DNA of 64,000 nt. It comes from the human T2T-CHM13v2.0 reference genome, Homo sapiens. The stretch is taken from NCBI RefSeq assembly GCF_009914755.1, contig NC_060925.1. One strand, 5' to 3'. This document shows positions 16,401 to 30,032 of the stretch, in pieces (the first letter of the stretch is position 1; every line of letters starts with the position of its first letter). The notes beneath the pieces were generated by a model. It saw nothing but the letters and a program-made list of their open reading frames with translations. It made no database searches and was not told where the DNA came from. The position numbers were made by a program, and so were the translations under genes.

Positions 16401-17205
16401 GCTAGGTGCAGCATGTATGGGCCAGGCAGCTGTGTGGGGTCCTCTCTGGGGATGATGGAGTCTCATTCATTCTGGATGTTATTCCAAGAGGGGGCGTGCA
16501 CTAGCTAACTGGCTACATGGAGCTTCTCTACTGCGCAGGCCTGACTGTTTTCCTGAGGGATAGGGTGCCTCATGCATTCATACATTGGGGTCTTGGTCAG
16601 TCCTTCAGACATAAACTCCCAGCAACCTGTGTACTGGTGCTGTTGCAGGCATGCATGAGAATGTTGGTACAAGGATAGTGAGGCATCGGGGATAAAGGGA
16701 GTTGGTGGCTACTGGTCTCAAGGCAGGACACACTCTAGGTCTGGGTCTGGTTTCAAGATGGCACTGTAGCAGCTTAGGTTGCAGGGATCGGGGTTGCCAA
16801 GAGTGTTTCTGCTCTGTGATAATACAGCTTTGTGGACTCCTAGCAACTGTCCATACTGGATTTGGTGCCTATGAGAACTGGGGATCCTCTTGCAGCAATG
16901 GCTACTTGTATCTGGTGGTGATAGGGACTCCCAAGGGTCTCTAGTTTACCTTTTCCCCACAAGAAGACTCCCCTGGCTCTGAGCTGATCCCAGTTGGGGA
17001 GACAGAATGGCAGAGACAGGATGAGCTGCTTCACTCTCTATGGTGCTATCCTGAGTTTCCATGCTCCTCAGGAATTTCACTACTCCCCTGATGTTCTCCA
17101 GCATACTTCCTCAGTTACTCATGTCAAAATATAGTTGTTTATTTGTTATTTTGTTCCCTTCATTGGGGGTGGGGGGATGTGTATCAGACAACTCTTATTG
17201 GCCAA
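13471..17205 (-). mobile_element. L1M (L1MA-age) 5' half: 5' UTR, ORF1 and ORF2 endonuclease
   Basis: EN peptide DIYRTFHLTAKEYIFLSTAHGIFSRID; ORF1 peptides EKEFKVMILRKLSEL and DIQIQEAQKSP; no 3' end present. Confidence 0.9.
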
Positions 17206-20200
17206 ATTACATTCCAGTAACATTTGTATTTTTCTTTAGTCAATATTTTTACTCTTATATTTGATTATAAGTATTCTAGAAATTCTCAACACTCATTAGG
17301 GGTAAGTCAAGTGTCTTAAAGTATAACCCAAACTCCCTTCTCATATGCCTGCCTCCAGTAGTTTAGAAAAAAACAAGCTCTATCACCTAGAAGGACCTCC
17401 TGTTAACCAGCCTCTAACTAGCCATCGGTGCAAAAAAATTTAAATTCCTGCATGTCTCTCTGACTGCTCATTGACTGTCATTCTAATGGATATAGTTTAT
17501 AGATATACAGAAGACAGAGGCTAGATTGCAGATCCTCTTCTTCACTCTGCCTTTTGAATGGCTCATAGGAAAGGCAAGAACGAAGCAGAAGGGTTTCACC
17601 CAAGAGGCACTTTAACAGATGTAAATATAGCCCTCAATTAGAAGATGTTTCAGAATGCACCCTGAGACAAAGTTTCAATTAATACAATGTCTACTAGACC
17701 AACTAACAGGCAGGGTAAAGTCCTGAGCATCCAAAACAGCCACAATGAACCAGTAGAGTCTTTTCCTCTACACTTAGCACAGTTTTCTCTTGGAGATTTA
17801 GCAAAGACAATTTTCATTTTTATATGCTTACTTTCTTTATGATTTATTAAACTATGCAAAGGCCCTCTTTGACAAACAGAAGGTTCCAAACTTTCTTTTT
17901 AGTAAGTGAACTATTTCCAGGCTAAACTGTAAGGTAGAAGTTCTTCAGAGATTTGTTTCTTTTCTCTTAGTACCTCTGGCTGCTCCTAATAACTTGATTT
18001 CTCTTTACCAGTGATTCCTGGTGTATTATTCTGGCTTAAGTTGTTTTATTTTCCTAAAGTATTTGTTGTGTACTTCAGTTAGTACAAGGACCAATTTTAA
18101 AGTACCTTTAATGTAAGATTTCTGCCTTGAACTTTGACAAAATAGCTTATAGGAGGCAACACTCCCACTGAAAGCACCTTTAAAAACTGAAAGAAATATA
18201 ACATATGCATGTGTGAAAACATCAGAGAGCTTCTGATACAGTCAGGACTCAAGAGACCAGAATCCTTAGAGAAAGGAACACTCATTGAGGGAATCCAACA
18301 TTTCATGAACTGGTTTTCTCCTTGAAGTATGTGATAATTAATTAGCTGTAGGTAGCAAGGCACTGAAGAGCTACACAATAAATTGAGCAGAGATCCAAGA
18401 AGAAAACAGTGGTTTCGCAGATCTTTTGGCAGCCTCATGGGGCTGCGAACACAAAATTTGGAATTTGGGCTTTTAAATGTACCAAGACTTGAGCATGCCA
18501 AGATTCCAGAGGAAGGCAGGCATAGACAACTGATCATGGAACTTTGAACAGATTTTCTCCTGGAGACATTAACTAATGCTTAAACTAAGAAACCAACAAA
18601 AAGGAGCTGAAAACCTGAGTTGAGATTTCAGCAATCTTACAGCACTAAGGTGACACTAATTAGCATTCTGAATTTGCCAATTAAAAAGGCTCTAAGAAAC
18701 ATGCTAGCTTTCAGTTGGGATCACTAGAGAACTATATCTCAGGAATAAAGGGGATGCAACAGAGGGAAGTTTACAAAAACTAAACTCTAACATGAAGTCA
18801 GCTCACTCCCTGATTGGAATACATGACCTGCCCCTACCCTTGCTGACATCCAGAGGATAGGGTGAAACCTTTCCTGAAAGCATGACATGACAAAGCACCT
18901 GTAGTTTTTTTCATACAGAATGTCTGGCATTTAATAAAAATTAGCAGGCATATAGTGAATTTGAATAATAACTCCAAATAGTTAAAGGGAAGATAAGTGA
19001 ACTAGCGTACAGATTAGAAGCAAACATCCAAATTAAAAAAAAGAAAGGGGAGAAAACCATACAGTATAAAAAACATGGGAATTGGTAAAAAGACATGGCA
19101 CAAATTTAATTGGAAATTCAGAAAGGATGAAGACAAAAAATAGAGTAGGTAAAATGTTAAAATATCTGAGAATTTTTCCAAACAAAAATATTAAGTCAGA
19201 TTCTATAAGCACTACAATCTGTAAATCTATAAAACACAAAGAAAATCACATATAGGCACATCGTAATGAAACATCTGAACTCCAGAGACAAAGGGGAAAT
19301 TTAAAAAGCAGAAGAGAAAAAAAAAATACATTAGATTCAAGTAGCAAAGAATAGATCCAGCTGCCTTCTCAACATAAATGATTGAAGCCAGAAAATAAGG
19401 CAATGATACCTTTAAAATATTGGAGGGGTTGGTTGGGAGGCGGTGAGGGGGTTACAAACCTGTCAAACTAGAATGTTATATCAGTAAAAATATCATTTAA
19501 AAGTGAAGTCAAAGTAAAAGAATGTCCATTAAAGCAAAACTGAGAAAATTTTTCACGAGCAAATCTATACTGAAAAGCATAATGAAGAAAATTATTTGAA
19601 CAGAAGAAAATTGATCCCAGAAAGAAATACAGGAAGAAGAAACAATAGAGTAAATGAAAAAATAAATATTTGGGCAAGTCTAAATAAAAATTAACTAAAA
19701 CAATAATAATAATGTTTTAAATTAAATACATTTAAGGCTAAAATACTTGACAACAATAGCACAAAAGAGGGAAAGCTTAAATGTGATTAAAATGTTCAAT
19801 GTGCTAGCCATGTCCAGGTGATAGCCTCATCATGGCAAGATTACTGACTTATAGTAGATAGTAATATGTCATGTGTATATTGTAATCTAAAGGATAGCTT
19901 CTAAAATAATGTATAATAACTGCCTAATAAAAGGGGAAATAAAATAATTGTATAATGTGCTAATTCTAAAAAAAATCAAATAAAAAGAAGCAGAACAAAT
20001 GAAACAAATGGACAACAATACAAATTTTAAGATAATGGATAGAAATCTAAATATGGATGAACTGTTCTAGTTAAAAGACAAAACTAATAGAGGCAAAAAT
20101 AGGATAATATAAAATAATTAATGTAAAGGAAATAACAAAGAACAAATGGTACAAAAAAAACCCCCACACAACCAAATGACAAAAGAGTAAACACATAATG

Positions 20201-22111
20201 TCAATGGACTAAACTATCCATTTATGAAACAATAATTTTTCAGATTGGAAAAGAAATAAAGCCACTATATTTTAATTAGAAGAACCACACCTTAATTTTG
20301 AAGATGCAGGACTAGAGCAAGTAAACTGTTTTTTAAAAAGTGCGTATCATGCACACTCTAAACAAAGGAAGCTGATTTTGCCAGTCTAACATCAGACAAA
20401 ATAGCTTTTAATCAGGAAGCATTACAATATACAGAGCTATTTCATAATGATGAAAGGTATATTTCATAATGATAAAAGGTTCAGTCTATCAGGAAGATAG
20501 AGGATAAATTTGTATGTTCTCAATTATATAGCAAAAACTAATAGACTTAAAAGCAGATAGGCAAGTGCAAACTGGCAGAGGAAAACCTTAATCCAGCTGA
20601 AATTAATAATAGAATGAGCACACAAAAAATAGAGAATAATTGAACAATATGATTAAAATGTTTGACCTAATAGATATATATAAAACATTGTATCCAACAA
20701 CTGCAAAATACACATTGTCATTAAGTTCACATGAAGTAGTTACTACAATATACCATATCTATGCTGGTGTATAAAATGATATTTCAGAAGAGTAAATTCA
20801 TTGAAAATGTAACTAATTACAGTGAAATAAAAATATATATCAATATTTCTGAGATTCAGCTAAGCAATGCCTAAAGAAATTTGTATAGCTAAAATTTATA
20901 TATTTCAAAAACACAGACCAGCTGAAAAACAACAATATCTTTTTCATCCCAAGAAATTTAAAAATGAACAGCAAATTAAAGCCAAAGGAAGTAGTAGGGG
21001 AAAAAATAAAGATATAAGCAAAGATTAATAACCAAAAAAAGCAAAGCCAAAAGTTTATTTTTAAAAATATGAACAAAAAGAAAAAAGTACAAGCAACCAT
21101 AAATCAGAGGAAAAAATACAGATTATTAATATCAGAAATTAAAAACATCACTAAAGATTTTATAGACATGAAAAACTTAAAGGACATAGTATAAAAATGT
21201 ACAAATTTCTATTGAAAAACACCATGTTTTAGGACTGACAAAAGAAAGAGTAAACAATTTTAAAATTTTGGTTCTCATCAAATAAATTATACGTATAATT
21301 AAAATGTTTTTCAAAATGAAAGCTCTGGGCCCAAATGGCTTTCAATTGTGAATTCTTCAAACACTTGAGAAAGAAACAATGACAATCTTACTTTCGTATT
21401 CTGAGAGTATTCTACAAAATAGAGAATTTCCCATGATATATATTTTAAAAAATCCTAAGAATAGAAAAGTTGGAAAACCTCCCACATTTAAGAAATGAGG
21501 TCAGCATAACCTTACTACCAAAACCTAACAGACTTTACAAGAAAAAAAATTTACACTGATTTATCTCATGATTATATTTTTTAAAAAATACAAAACATAA
21601 ATGTTCACTAATACTACTTTTATTTAACTTTGTCCTGCAGTCCCAGATAGTACATAAAGAAAAAAATAATAAAGTGGGTAAAAGTTAGAATGGAAGAAAT
21701 GAAAGTATCATTAATTGTTGACAACTTGATTAGTTATAAATAAAAAAAACTTAGCTAAACTAATATAATTAGTTAACTGAGTTTAGCAAGGTTATTGAAT
21801 ATAATACCAACGTACAAGATTAACTGTAATTCAATATATCAACAAAAATTGGAAAGTAAAATTAAAATAATACCATTTATAGTGACTTTGAAAAACATAA
21901 AAAACTAGCAATCAATTTAACAAGAGACGCACAAAACAACTGCACACAAAAAATACAAAGCATTTTTGACAGATATCAAAGAACATGTAATTAACTTGAG
22001 AGACATACCATGTTTGTTTATTAGAAAATCAATATTGTAAACATGGTAAACCTGCCCCATATTTGTCTATACACACATTCTGATCTCAATCAAAATTTCT
22101 GAATATATTTA

Positions 22112-23090
22112 GTAGATGACAAATGGAAATGTCCATTAATGGATGAATGGTTTCTTTAAATAAATATATATATATATCACATTTTATTTAACCATTATTT
22201 TATATATATATATATATAATGGAATATTGTTCAGCTTTTAAAAAAGGAAATTCTACCATATATGACAACATGAATGAACCTTAAGGACATTATGCTAAGC
22301 AAAATCAGCCAGTCACAGTATTACCAGCACCACACTCTGGGTTCTTGAAATCTCCCAGATAGAAATCAAGGGAGATCACCAGACATAGCAGCAGACAGAA
22401 AGTGAAAGTGTATTAAGGTTGTGCACAGGGGAGTCAGTACCACCAAAGGAAAAGGGTGGGCTGCTCCTCAAGAGAAGTATGGGAAAGAGTTTCATCAGTT
22501 ATGTCCAGGAGGGGTTTCTCTAGCACTTGAACAGTGGCTTTACATGCTTCTTCATACCTAGCACATTACATTATCATTTTAAATCTCCACCCCTGGGCAT
22601 AATTTTTAGCATTGAAATGAGGTCACTGTAAGGTGAAGTTTAAGTCTAACTGTGCAGGAAAGGCCCTGGGGAACTTGGCCAGGCAATTCCTCTGCCCATG
22701 ACAGGAACTTGTGGTAAATAGTGCCTTGGTTCTTTTGCTGCTGATTGGCTTGAAGTTAGGTAAGCTATAGCTTGAGTACAGGGCTTTTGTTCTTTTTCTC
22801 TAAACTACATTAAATTAGGAAACCAGCCTGCCTGCCTGTCTCAACAGAAGAACAAACACTGCATGATTCCTTTTATATCAAATATCTAAAATAGTTAAGC
22901 TCACAGAAACTTAGAGCAGAATGGTGATTGTTGGAGAATGGATGGAGGGGCATATACGGCATTCAATGGTTATGAACTTTTAGTTATAAAATATGAATAA
23001 GTTATATAGATCTTCTGTACAACATTGTGCCTATAGTTAACTGTATTATGCATATCAAGTGTTCTTACTACAATAATAATAACAAAAATA
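22112..23090 (+). mobile_element. L1MA10/L1MB-like 3' end, interrupted by an LTR
   Basis: GACAACATGAATGAACCTTAAGGACATTATGCTAAG..CAGTCACAG / AAGAACAAACACTGCATG; A-rich tail. Confidence 0.8.
22319..22843 (-). mobile_element. ERV1 solo LTR (MER4 group, MER66-related)
   Basis: 4-bp TSD ACAG on both sides; ends ..TGTCTCA; shares TTAAATCTCCACCC with the LTR at 35226. Confidence 0.75.
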
Positions 23091-23240
23091 AAGCACCATT
23101 ATGAGCCAAGAGGCAAACTACCTGTTAGAAGAAGATATTTGTAATAAATATAGTCAACATAGGACTCATGACCTGTATATATAAGTAATTACTACGTATT
23201 AATAGAATAAATGCAGAAGAATTCCAATAGTGTATATCCA

Positions 23241-23444
23241 AAGACTATTCTTTCAGGGATCATTATGCGAGAAGTTTTTCTGAATGCCTAAAGAACCAGA
23301 AAACCATGAGGACAGACAGCAGCATTTTCTCCTGAGCTTGAAGCTGGCTCTTGGCACTGGTTTGCTGCAACTGCCGTTTGCCATTGCTGATCATTTTTCT
23401 CTTCCTTTGGGAGAGTGAGGGGAAGAGAATGCAATCTGAGTGAT
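23241..23444 (+). pseudogene. U3 snoRNA (SNORD3-like) retropseudogene
   Basis: AAGACTATTCTTTCAGGGATCATT..GAAAACCATGAGGA..TTTTCTCCTGAGCTTGAAGC..GCTGCAACTGCCG..TCTGAGTGAT, collinear with U3; box C mutated (TGCTGA); ~12-nt deletion after box A. Confidence 0.93.
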
Positions 23445-23728
23445 ATTTCTTAAAAGAGGAAAAAAAGACCAATAATATATGAAAAGGTGCTCAATTCTAT
23501 TAGACATCAATTAAAATCACAATAACTTAAATACACACCCACCAGAATTGCTTACCTGAAGAAACCAAACCACAATAAAACAAAACAAAGAAATCATCTG
23601 ACAATACTAAAGTTGGTGGGAATGTGAAGCCATTAGACATTTTATACACCACCAGCAAGGGTAAAAACTTTTACCCTTAGATTGGTAGTATCTAATAAAG
23701 CTAAACAGACAAATGGCAACAATCCAGT

Positions 23729-24111
23729 TGATGTGGTTAAGCTTTGTGTCCCCACCCAACTCTCATCTTGAATTGTAATCCCCATAATCCCCACACGTCA
23801 AGGGAGAGACCAGATGGAGCAGGTGGAGGTAATTGAATCATGAGGGCAGTTTCCCCCATGCTGTTCGCATGATAGTCAGTTCTCACAAGATCTGATGATT
23901 ATGTAAGGGGCTCTTCCCCCTTCTCTCAGCACTTCTCCTTCCTGCTGCCTTGTGAAGAAGGTGCCTTGCTCCCCTTCACCTTCCGCCATGATTGTAAGTT
24001 TCCTGAGGCCTCCGCAGCCATGCTGAACTGTGAGTCAATTAAACCTCTTTCCTTTATAAATTACCCAGCCTCAGGCAGTTCTTTATAGCAGTGTGCAAAT
24101 GGACTAATACA
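23729..24111 (+). mobile_element. THE1D-like MaLR solo LTR
   Basis: TG..TAATACA termini; 5-bp TSD CCAGT. Confidence 0.92.
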
Positions 24112-24619
24112 CCAGTAAATTCACTTCAAGGTACATGCCAAATAAAATTGTGTATTTATGTTCACCCAAAAGACACATCGAAAAATGTAGCCCAAACCCC
24201 AATCTATAATAGAAAAAATAAATTAATAGTGGTAAATTTTGGCAATGCAACATTATACAGTAATGAGAGAATGAACAAAATACTGCTGCAGATGAGAAGA
24301 ATGAACCTCACAAGCATAAACTGGAGCAAAAGAAGCCAAACATAATGAGTGAGATACTATATGTTCCACTTACACAAACGTCAAAATCAGGTAAAAGTAA
24401 GTAAAAGATAGCTGTCCCAAGATAGGTACTGGGAGAATGCGAATAGTGAGCTATTTCTTGGTCTGGTGAGTAGTTACAAGAATGTGTTCAAGTTTGTAAA
24501 ATTTCTTTCAGCTCTTCCTTTGTTATTTGTTCATATTTCAGTATGCACGTTGACTTTATTAAAAAGTTTAACTTCAAAATACTAAATGTATGATTATAAA
24601 AGTTAAAATATAAAATATA

Positions 24620-25427
24620 TGGAAGAATATTAAAATCACTCATAAACTTACTATTGTTTCAGTGAGTTCCTTCCAGTGCTTTATAGTGTGTGTGTGTGTG
24701 TTTGTGTGCTTTACAAAAATATAGCTTTTTTCCCCTCTGTTTTTCCACTTAATTGTTTCTCTAGAGACTTTTCCAATACGGTAAATATTCACCAAAATAC
24801 ATCTTCCAAGAGTTATCTAGTATTCTTTTCTCTAGAGGAAACTGGCTTACTTAACAGATCCTGTGTTGTAAGACATTTGAGGTATTTTTATTTTCATTAT
24901 TTTAAATACTTCTCTGAATTTTTTAACAAAAATCTGAGCTTGAATTGAACCTCTCTAAGAAGACAAATTGCTAACCTAACAAATTGTACAAAATTGACTC
25001 CCACGTGAGGCACGTGTGGCATAGAACTTTCTTTATACTCTTACTAACACTAATAATTATGCCATTAAAATTTGCCAAATTGACAAAAATTGTTTTATTG
25101 TAACTCATATTTCATTGATTTCTACTGTGTTAAATCATATCTGTACTTCTTTTTCTATTAATTAACTTTCCATCTTCCTTTCCTCCTTTTATTCTGTTGA
25201 GGTATCTGTGTTTTTCCTGATGTTTTATAAAACTTTTATAGTGAAGATATCTATGCTTTGCCATATATATTGCATTTTTCCCTATTTGACAATTAATATT
25301 TAAGTTTTTATGGTGTTTGGAGAGACAAAAAATATTGTATGTGTATGTGGTTGAAATAGTTTCTGAGTTTCCTTTCACTGAATTTATGCTTAGAAAGTCC
25401 ATGGCCATTTCAAATGACTTTAATGTA
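24620..25427 (-). mobile_element. Ancient L1ME fragment
   Basis: Degenerate antisense L1 ORF2 3'/UTR motifs. Confidence 0.55.
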
Positions 25428-25846
25428 TGTGATGGTTACCTTCATGTGTCAGCTTGCCTGGCCATGGGGTGCCCAGGTATTTGGTTAAACATTATTTGGG
25501 GTGTACCTCTGAGTGTGTTTCTGAATGAGTTTAACATTTGAGTAAAGCAGATTATCCTTTCCAATGTTAGTGGGTCTCACCCAACCCTCTGAAAGCCTGA
25601 ATAGAGAAGATGGTGGGGTAAGGAAGAAGTTGCACTTTCTACCTGATTGTCTTCAAACTGGAATATAGGTCTTCTCTTGCCTTCAGACTTAGACTGGAAC
25701 TATACCATCAGCTCTCCTGGGTCTCCAGCTTGCTGACTGCAGATTTTGGGATTGCTCAGCATCCACAATTGCATGAGCCAATTCTTTAACATACATACAT
25801 ACATACATATCCTACTGGTTCTGTTTCTCTGGAGAACCCCAATTCA
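25428..25846 (+). mobile_element. MLT2D-like ERVL solo LTR
   Basis: TGTGATGGTT..GGTTCTGTTTCTCTGGAGAACCC; 5-bp TSD ATGTA. Confidence 0.9.
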
Positions 25847-26577
25847 ATGTACATTTGTATTTTCTTCTATTTTAGTTTTTCCTCTTTTTGTACATTTAAT
25901 TTTAAATCTATCTGGGGGTTTTGGTGAAAAGAGAAAATCAAATATCTTCCCTTAATGTTCTTTTCCCCTGAATGACTGATACCTTCCTTCTGCGTCTGAA
26001 ACCCAGTTCAAGTATTCCCTCCTCTGTGCCATGACTGTATTTGGCACTTACTTCTTTTTCTGTTTCTCTTCTCTAAAAACTAGACCCCGTCAGTTCATTC
26101 ACAGCCATAGCTGATATTCTGATCTTCTTCTCGGAATAACTGTGTTTCCCTTTGCTATTATATAAGATCCAGTGATACCATTTTCACTGGGGGCATTCTT
26201 GCTGTCATGCTCTGCTCACAAACCAGATGGCTTGATTATGGATCTCATCTAAATCAGATCTATTTTCAACATGTTTTTTTTAGAAACATATAGTCCTGCC
26301 CTGCTGGTGAGATCTTCAATGTCAGATATTTGTTTAATTTCCTCATTATTCTTTGTCCCTCTGCCTCTGTCACTGTATTTCTTTTTCTCAGTCTGCTGAA
26401 CAGTTTCAGACTTACATTAGTTGCAACAATACACATCACCCTGTATCTAGGGACTTAAGAGAATTTTGAAAAGTCAATTAAAAGGTTTGAATCTCAGCTT
26501 ATTTATTTGAAAATTATTATAATTCTTAACCACAACAAGATTGTTGTGGACCTCAAGTGAAAACAATGGAGATAAGA

Positions 26578-26683
26578 TAGGGTTGCCAGATAAAATATAG
26601 AACAACCAATGAAATCTGAATTTCAGATAAACAACAAATATATTTTAGTGTAGGTATGTTCCATGTAATATCTGAAAATCCTA
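26578..26683. mobile_element. MER53-like hAT MITE, internally deleted, within a MIR relic
   Basis: TAGGGTTGCCAGATAAAATA..GAATTTCAGATAAACAAC..ATCTGAAAATCCTA. Confidence 0.75.
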
Positions 26684-26933
26684 ACATGAAAGCACATTGT
26701 AACATGTTAAAGCATTATTTACCAAGAAAAAGAATTCATAAGATGAAGACAAAAAAGAAAAAGAACAGCTCATTCTACTGTTTGTGTTTTCTCCTCAGGT
26801 TTGATACCCTAAATAATATTTATCAAAATTAGAGTGAATCAGGATGAATAGTGAATGTTGTGGCTGGTAAAACAACTTTGTTTCTACGACTGCAAATAAT
26901 GCATAGAGTCAGTTTACCAAGTGATGACACCTC

Positions 26934-27393
26934 TGTATTAGTCAGGGTTCTCCGGAGAAACAGAGCCAATAGGATAGATATAGATAAAGAGATTTGTTAT
27001 GAGGATTGACTCACACAATTGTGGAGGCTGAAAGTCCCAAGATCTGCCATCTCCAAGCTAGTGGCCCAGGAAAGAAGGTGGTATAATTCTACCTCAAACC
27101 TGAAGTCTCGAGAACCAGTTGTGCCAATGTCTGAGGGCAGGCAAAGATAGATGTCCCAGCTTGAGCAGAAAGCAAGTTTGCTCACCTTTCACACTTTTAT
27201 TCTATTCAGGTTCTCAAAGGATTAAATTATGCCCACACACATTGATGAGGCTGAACTTCCTTACACTGTCTGTTGACTCAAATGCTAATATCTTCCAGAA
27301 ACCCCATCACAGACACACCCAGAATAATGTTTTACCAGCTATCTGGAAATCTCTTAGTACAGGTAAGTTGACACATTAAAATTAATCAAATCA
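26934..27393 (-). mobile_element. MLT2 (B/C-like) solo LTR
   Basis: TGTATTAGTCAGGGTTCTCC..CACAGACACACCCAGAATAATG..AAGTTGACACATTAAAATT. Confidence 0.9.
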
Positions 27394-27789
27394 AGCCCCT
27401 AATTTTCCACCCCTTACAAACATGATCCTTCTATAGGATTGGAAGGATGGGGACAATTGTCTTTTTCCATAGTTCTTTGCTGAATCTGATCTTGTGTTAT
27501 TCTCTTGCTGATAGTGACAGCTGTGCTGCCCAAGGCGATGCTGATTTATTCTCAAATTAAAACAATAAAATTTACTAACAACTCTCCAAATCCTCCAGAT
27601 AAGAGAACTATAAACTGTTTTCTCTTTCTGTCAACTCCCTGAAATTACTTCTCCATCTCTTCTTCCTTTTTTAAATACAGAATTTAAGTACCCTTTTAAA
27701 ATCTTAAAACTCTATTTCTTCTCCCAGTTGGCTCTTAGCCTTGGTTTTGCTCAGCTTTTATTCCCTTTCCTGTTTTGAACTCCCTGGTT

Positions 27790-27930
27790 CCCTGGAGAGC
27801 AGAAATTGGAATCAGAGAGATACAGGCTCTGATATTTGCTCTTCTACTTACCAGTAGTGAGCTAGCTAGGGATCCTCTCACAGTTTCTATTTCCTCATTC
27901 ATACAAATGGGCCTTATAATACTGTTGCAG
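27790..27930 (+). mobile_element. MIR fragment
   Basis: Core-like TTTCCTCATTCATACAAATGGG. Confidence 0.55.
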
Positions 27931-28689
27931 AAATTTTCTGGCAACAGAGTTTACTGAACCACTTACAAACTGTTTCAGCCCTAGGATATGGTCCTCCACT
28001 TCTTTGAAATTCCCAAACAGGCCTGTCTCAAGAACAGAGGAGACATCTGCACTGTTTGATACTAGCATTATGGTCAGAGAGACAAATCAGAAAATCTAAG
28101 TGAAAGAAAATGAACAAAAGCCTGATGGCACAGAGCTTGGGAATACAGGTGCATAATATTTAGAGCAGTATTCCCTAGAATTGAAATTAATGGTGTATAG
28201 GGCTTTTGACTTATCCAGTGAGGGATTCTTCTTGAAGTTACCTTTTTGTATAATGAGACTTTCAAAAAAAATCTCTCCTAAGTTACCATGTATTTATATT
28301 AATTGGCTTTTTCAAAGAGCATTCACTTATATAGGCTTATTATATGCTCCCAGTTTCTTTATTCAGTAAGCAGGGTAAATATTTTTACTGTTGCCTAACA
28401 ACTGAGGTGGCTGAAGTTGCAGGAAATCAATGTGAAAGAAAACACAATCAGGAAGTGGCAGATCTAAGAGTGGGCTATGTGTATTCAAATGCATAATAGA
28501 TGCTGCAGCTAGAATTCTTGCTTGGGAGAAATTGTACAACATAGTCCCTAAGATGCTATGAGACTTTCTGTATTAATGTAGGGCTCTTTCTCTGTTTTGA
28601 TGATGTTATCCTCTGGAGAAGTTACATATTTGATTTTATATTAGATAAATATTAAAAAATCTTTATTTCTTAGTAAAAATTTGAAGAGC

Positions 28690-28855
28690 AGCATTATGTA
28701 GTAGAAAAGTAACTATAGACTGATACCTAAACAACATGATTTTTAGTTTCAGTATTTCTATGATTGGTTTCGGACAAGTTTCCTGACTCCTCTAGATCTC
28801 ATCTTTTTAATTTGAAAAAACACCCCCGGTTTCATTAATATAAATGGGGATACAA
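28690..28855 (+). mobile_element. MIR fragment
   Basis: GGACAAGTTTCCTGACTCCTCTAG..CTCATCT. Confidence 0.5.
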
Positions 28856-29449
28856 GTCAAACAGAACACCCTCAACAGTATTTACCTACACTTCAAAAAA
28901 TATCTTTCATCTTCAAAATCTCCTTACCTCAAATATTAATATCAGTTTGTGGAATTTTTATACAATTTTACTGAGGTAGAGCTAGTAATAAATTTATAAA
29001 TTATATGTCAGAAAACACAAAGAAAAATAAAATTTATAAGTGGGAAAATGCAAGTTAGGAATTGAACTTGTATTTTGAAACTTACTCATTAGCCTATTCT
29101 TCTTTCACATCTAAAATCATTCGGGATATATTCCTTAGACTTTATTTGGTGACAAGCACTAGAGATAAAACACAGGATCTACTTTTGAAACATCTCTCAG
29201 AATCACTTTGCACTTTCATGGAGTTTACATCTTACAAGGAAGGTAAACATTAAACAATATAAGATGATATCAAATGGTGCAGAAAGGTAAAGAAAAATGA
29301 AGACTGAAAACATTGTACGAAAAATTTCCTAAAGGGGATGATTATCTTGCCTTGAAAAAGAAGTAAAAGCCACATAGAACATATGTGTATTTAGATAATC
29401 TGACCTGACTGTAAAAGTGGTTGCTTTCCTAATTATCACTGAATTATAT

Positions 29450-30032
29450 AACTGTAAGAATGATAAATTTGTTGAGTCAAAATTAGTAGGTTAGGTAATT
29501 ATTACTAGAAATGATATTTTTCTGGCTTTCTTTGCAACTAGAGTGCAAGTATATGATCCAAGTGCCACCTACCAAAAGCACATGCTGGAGAATATTAATA
29601 AATGATATTATTCTTTCAACTTTTCTCTAGATTTGAAATTTTCTAAATAAAATGTTAAAGGGAGAGTAGAACATCTGCTGGAGATTCTGATTGAGAAGTG
29701 AGCCACATAACGGAATAAAACCATGAGGAATCTATGTTCTGGTGAAGGTAGTGGCAGAAGCGTTGAGCCATCGTTTTTCACAGTCAACTTTGTGATAGAG
29801 CAGTAGTGGACCTGCCAACCATAGCATCGGTGTTCAGGAGCTGCAGAACCAGTGTTTTCCTCATCAGACCGCTTCTGGAACATGACTGTGGGTGACATTT
29901 CTGAAACACAAGCTTAACCTTGGTTGGTCAGCCCTCCCACCTATTTCTTGAGCTCCCCCAATATCATTTTAATTTCTTCCTAGTCAACCACAGTTTGCTT
30001 CATTGCTAACAGCTTCAATTCTGACTTGTATA
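29450..30032 (+). mobile_element. Ancient ERVL LTR (LTR33-like)
   Basis: CTTTCTTTGCAACTAGAGTGCAAG; CAGCCCTCCCAC..GAGCTCCCCCAATATC; LTR33-like 3' end. Confidence 0.55.

Larger units (their letters stand above)
18090..24575 (+). mobile_element. Ancient L1ME/L1MD-like element (5' region, ORF1, ORF2, 3' end) with nested inserts
   Basis: A-rich degenerate ORF1 (~19000-19650) and ORF2 (~20200-22100, 23090-23700); L1ME-like 3' UTR ending ~24575. Confidence 0.75.
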
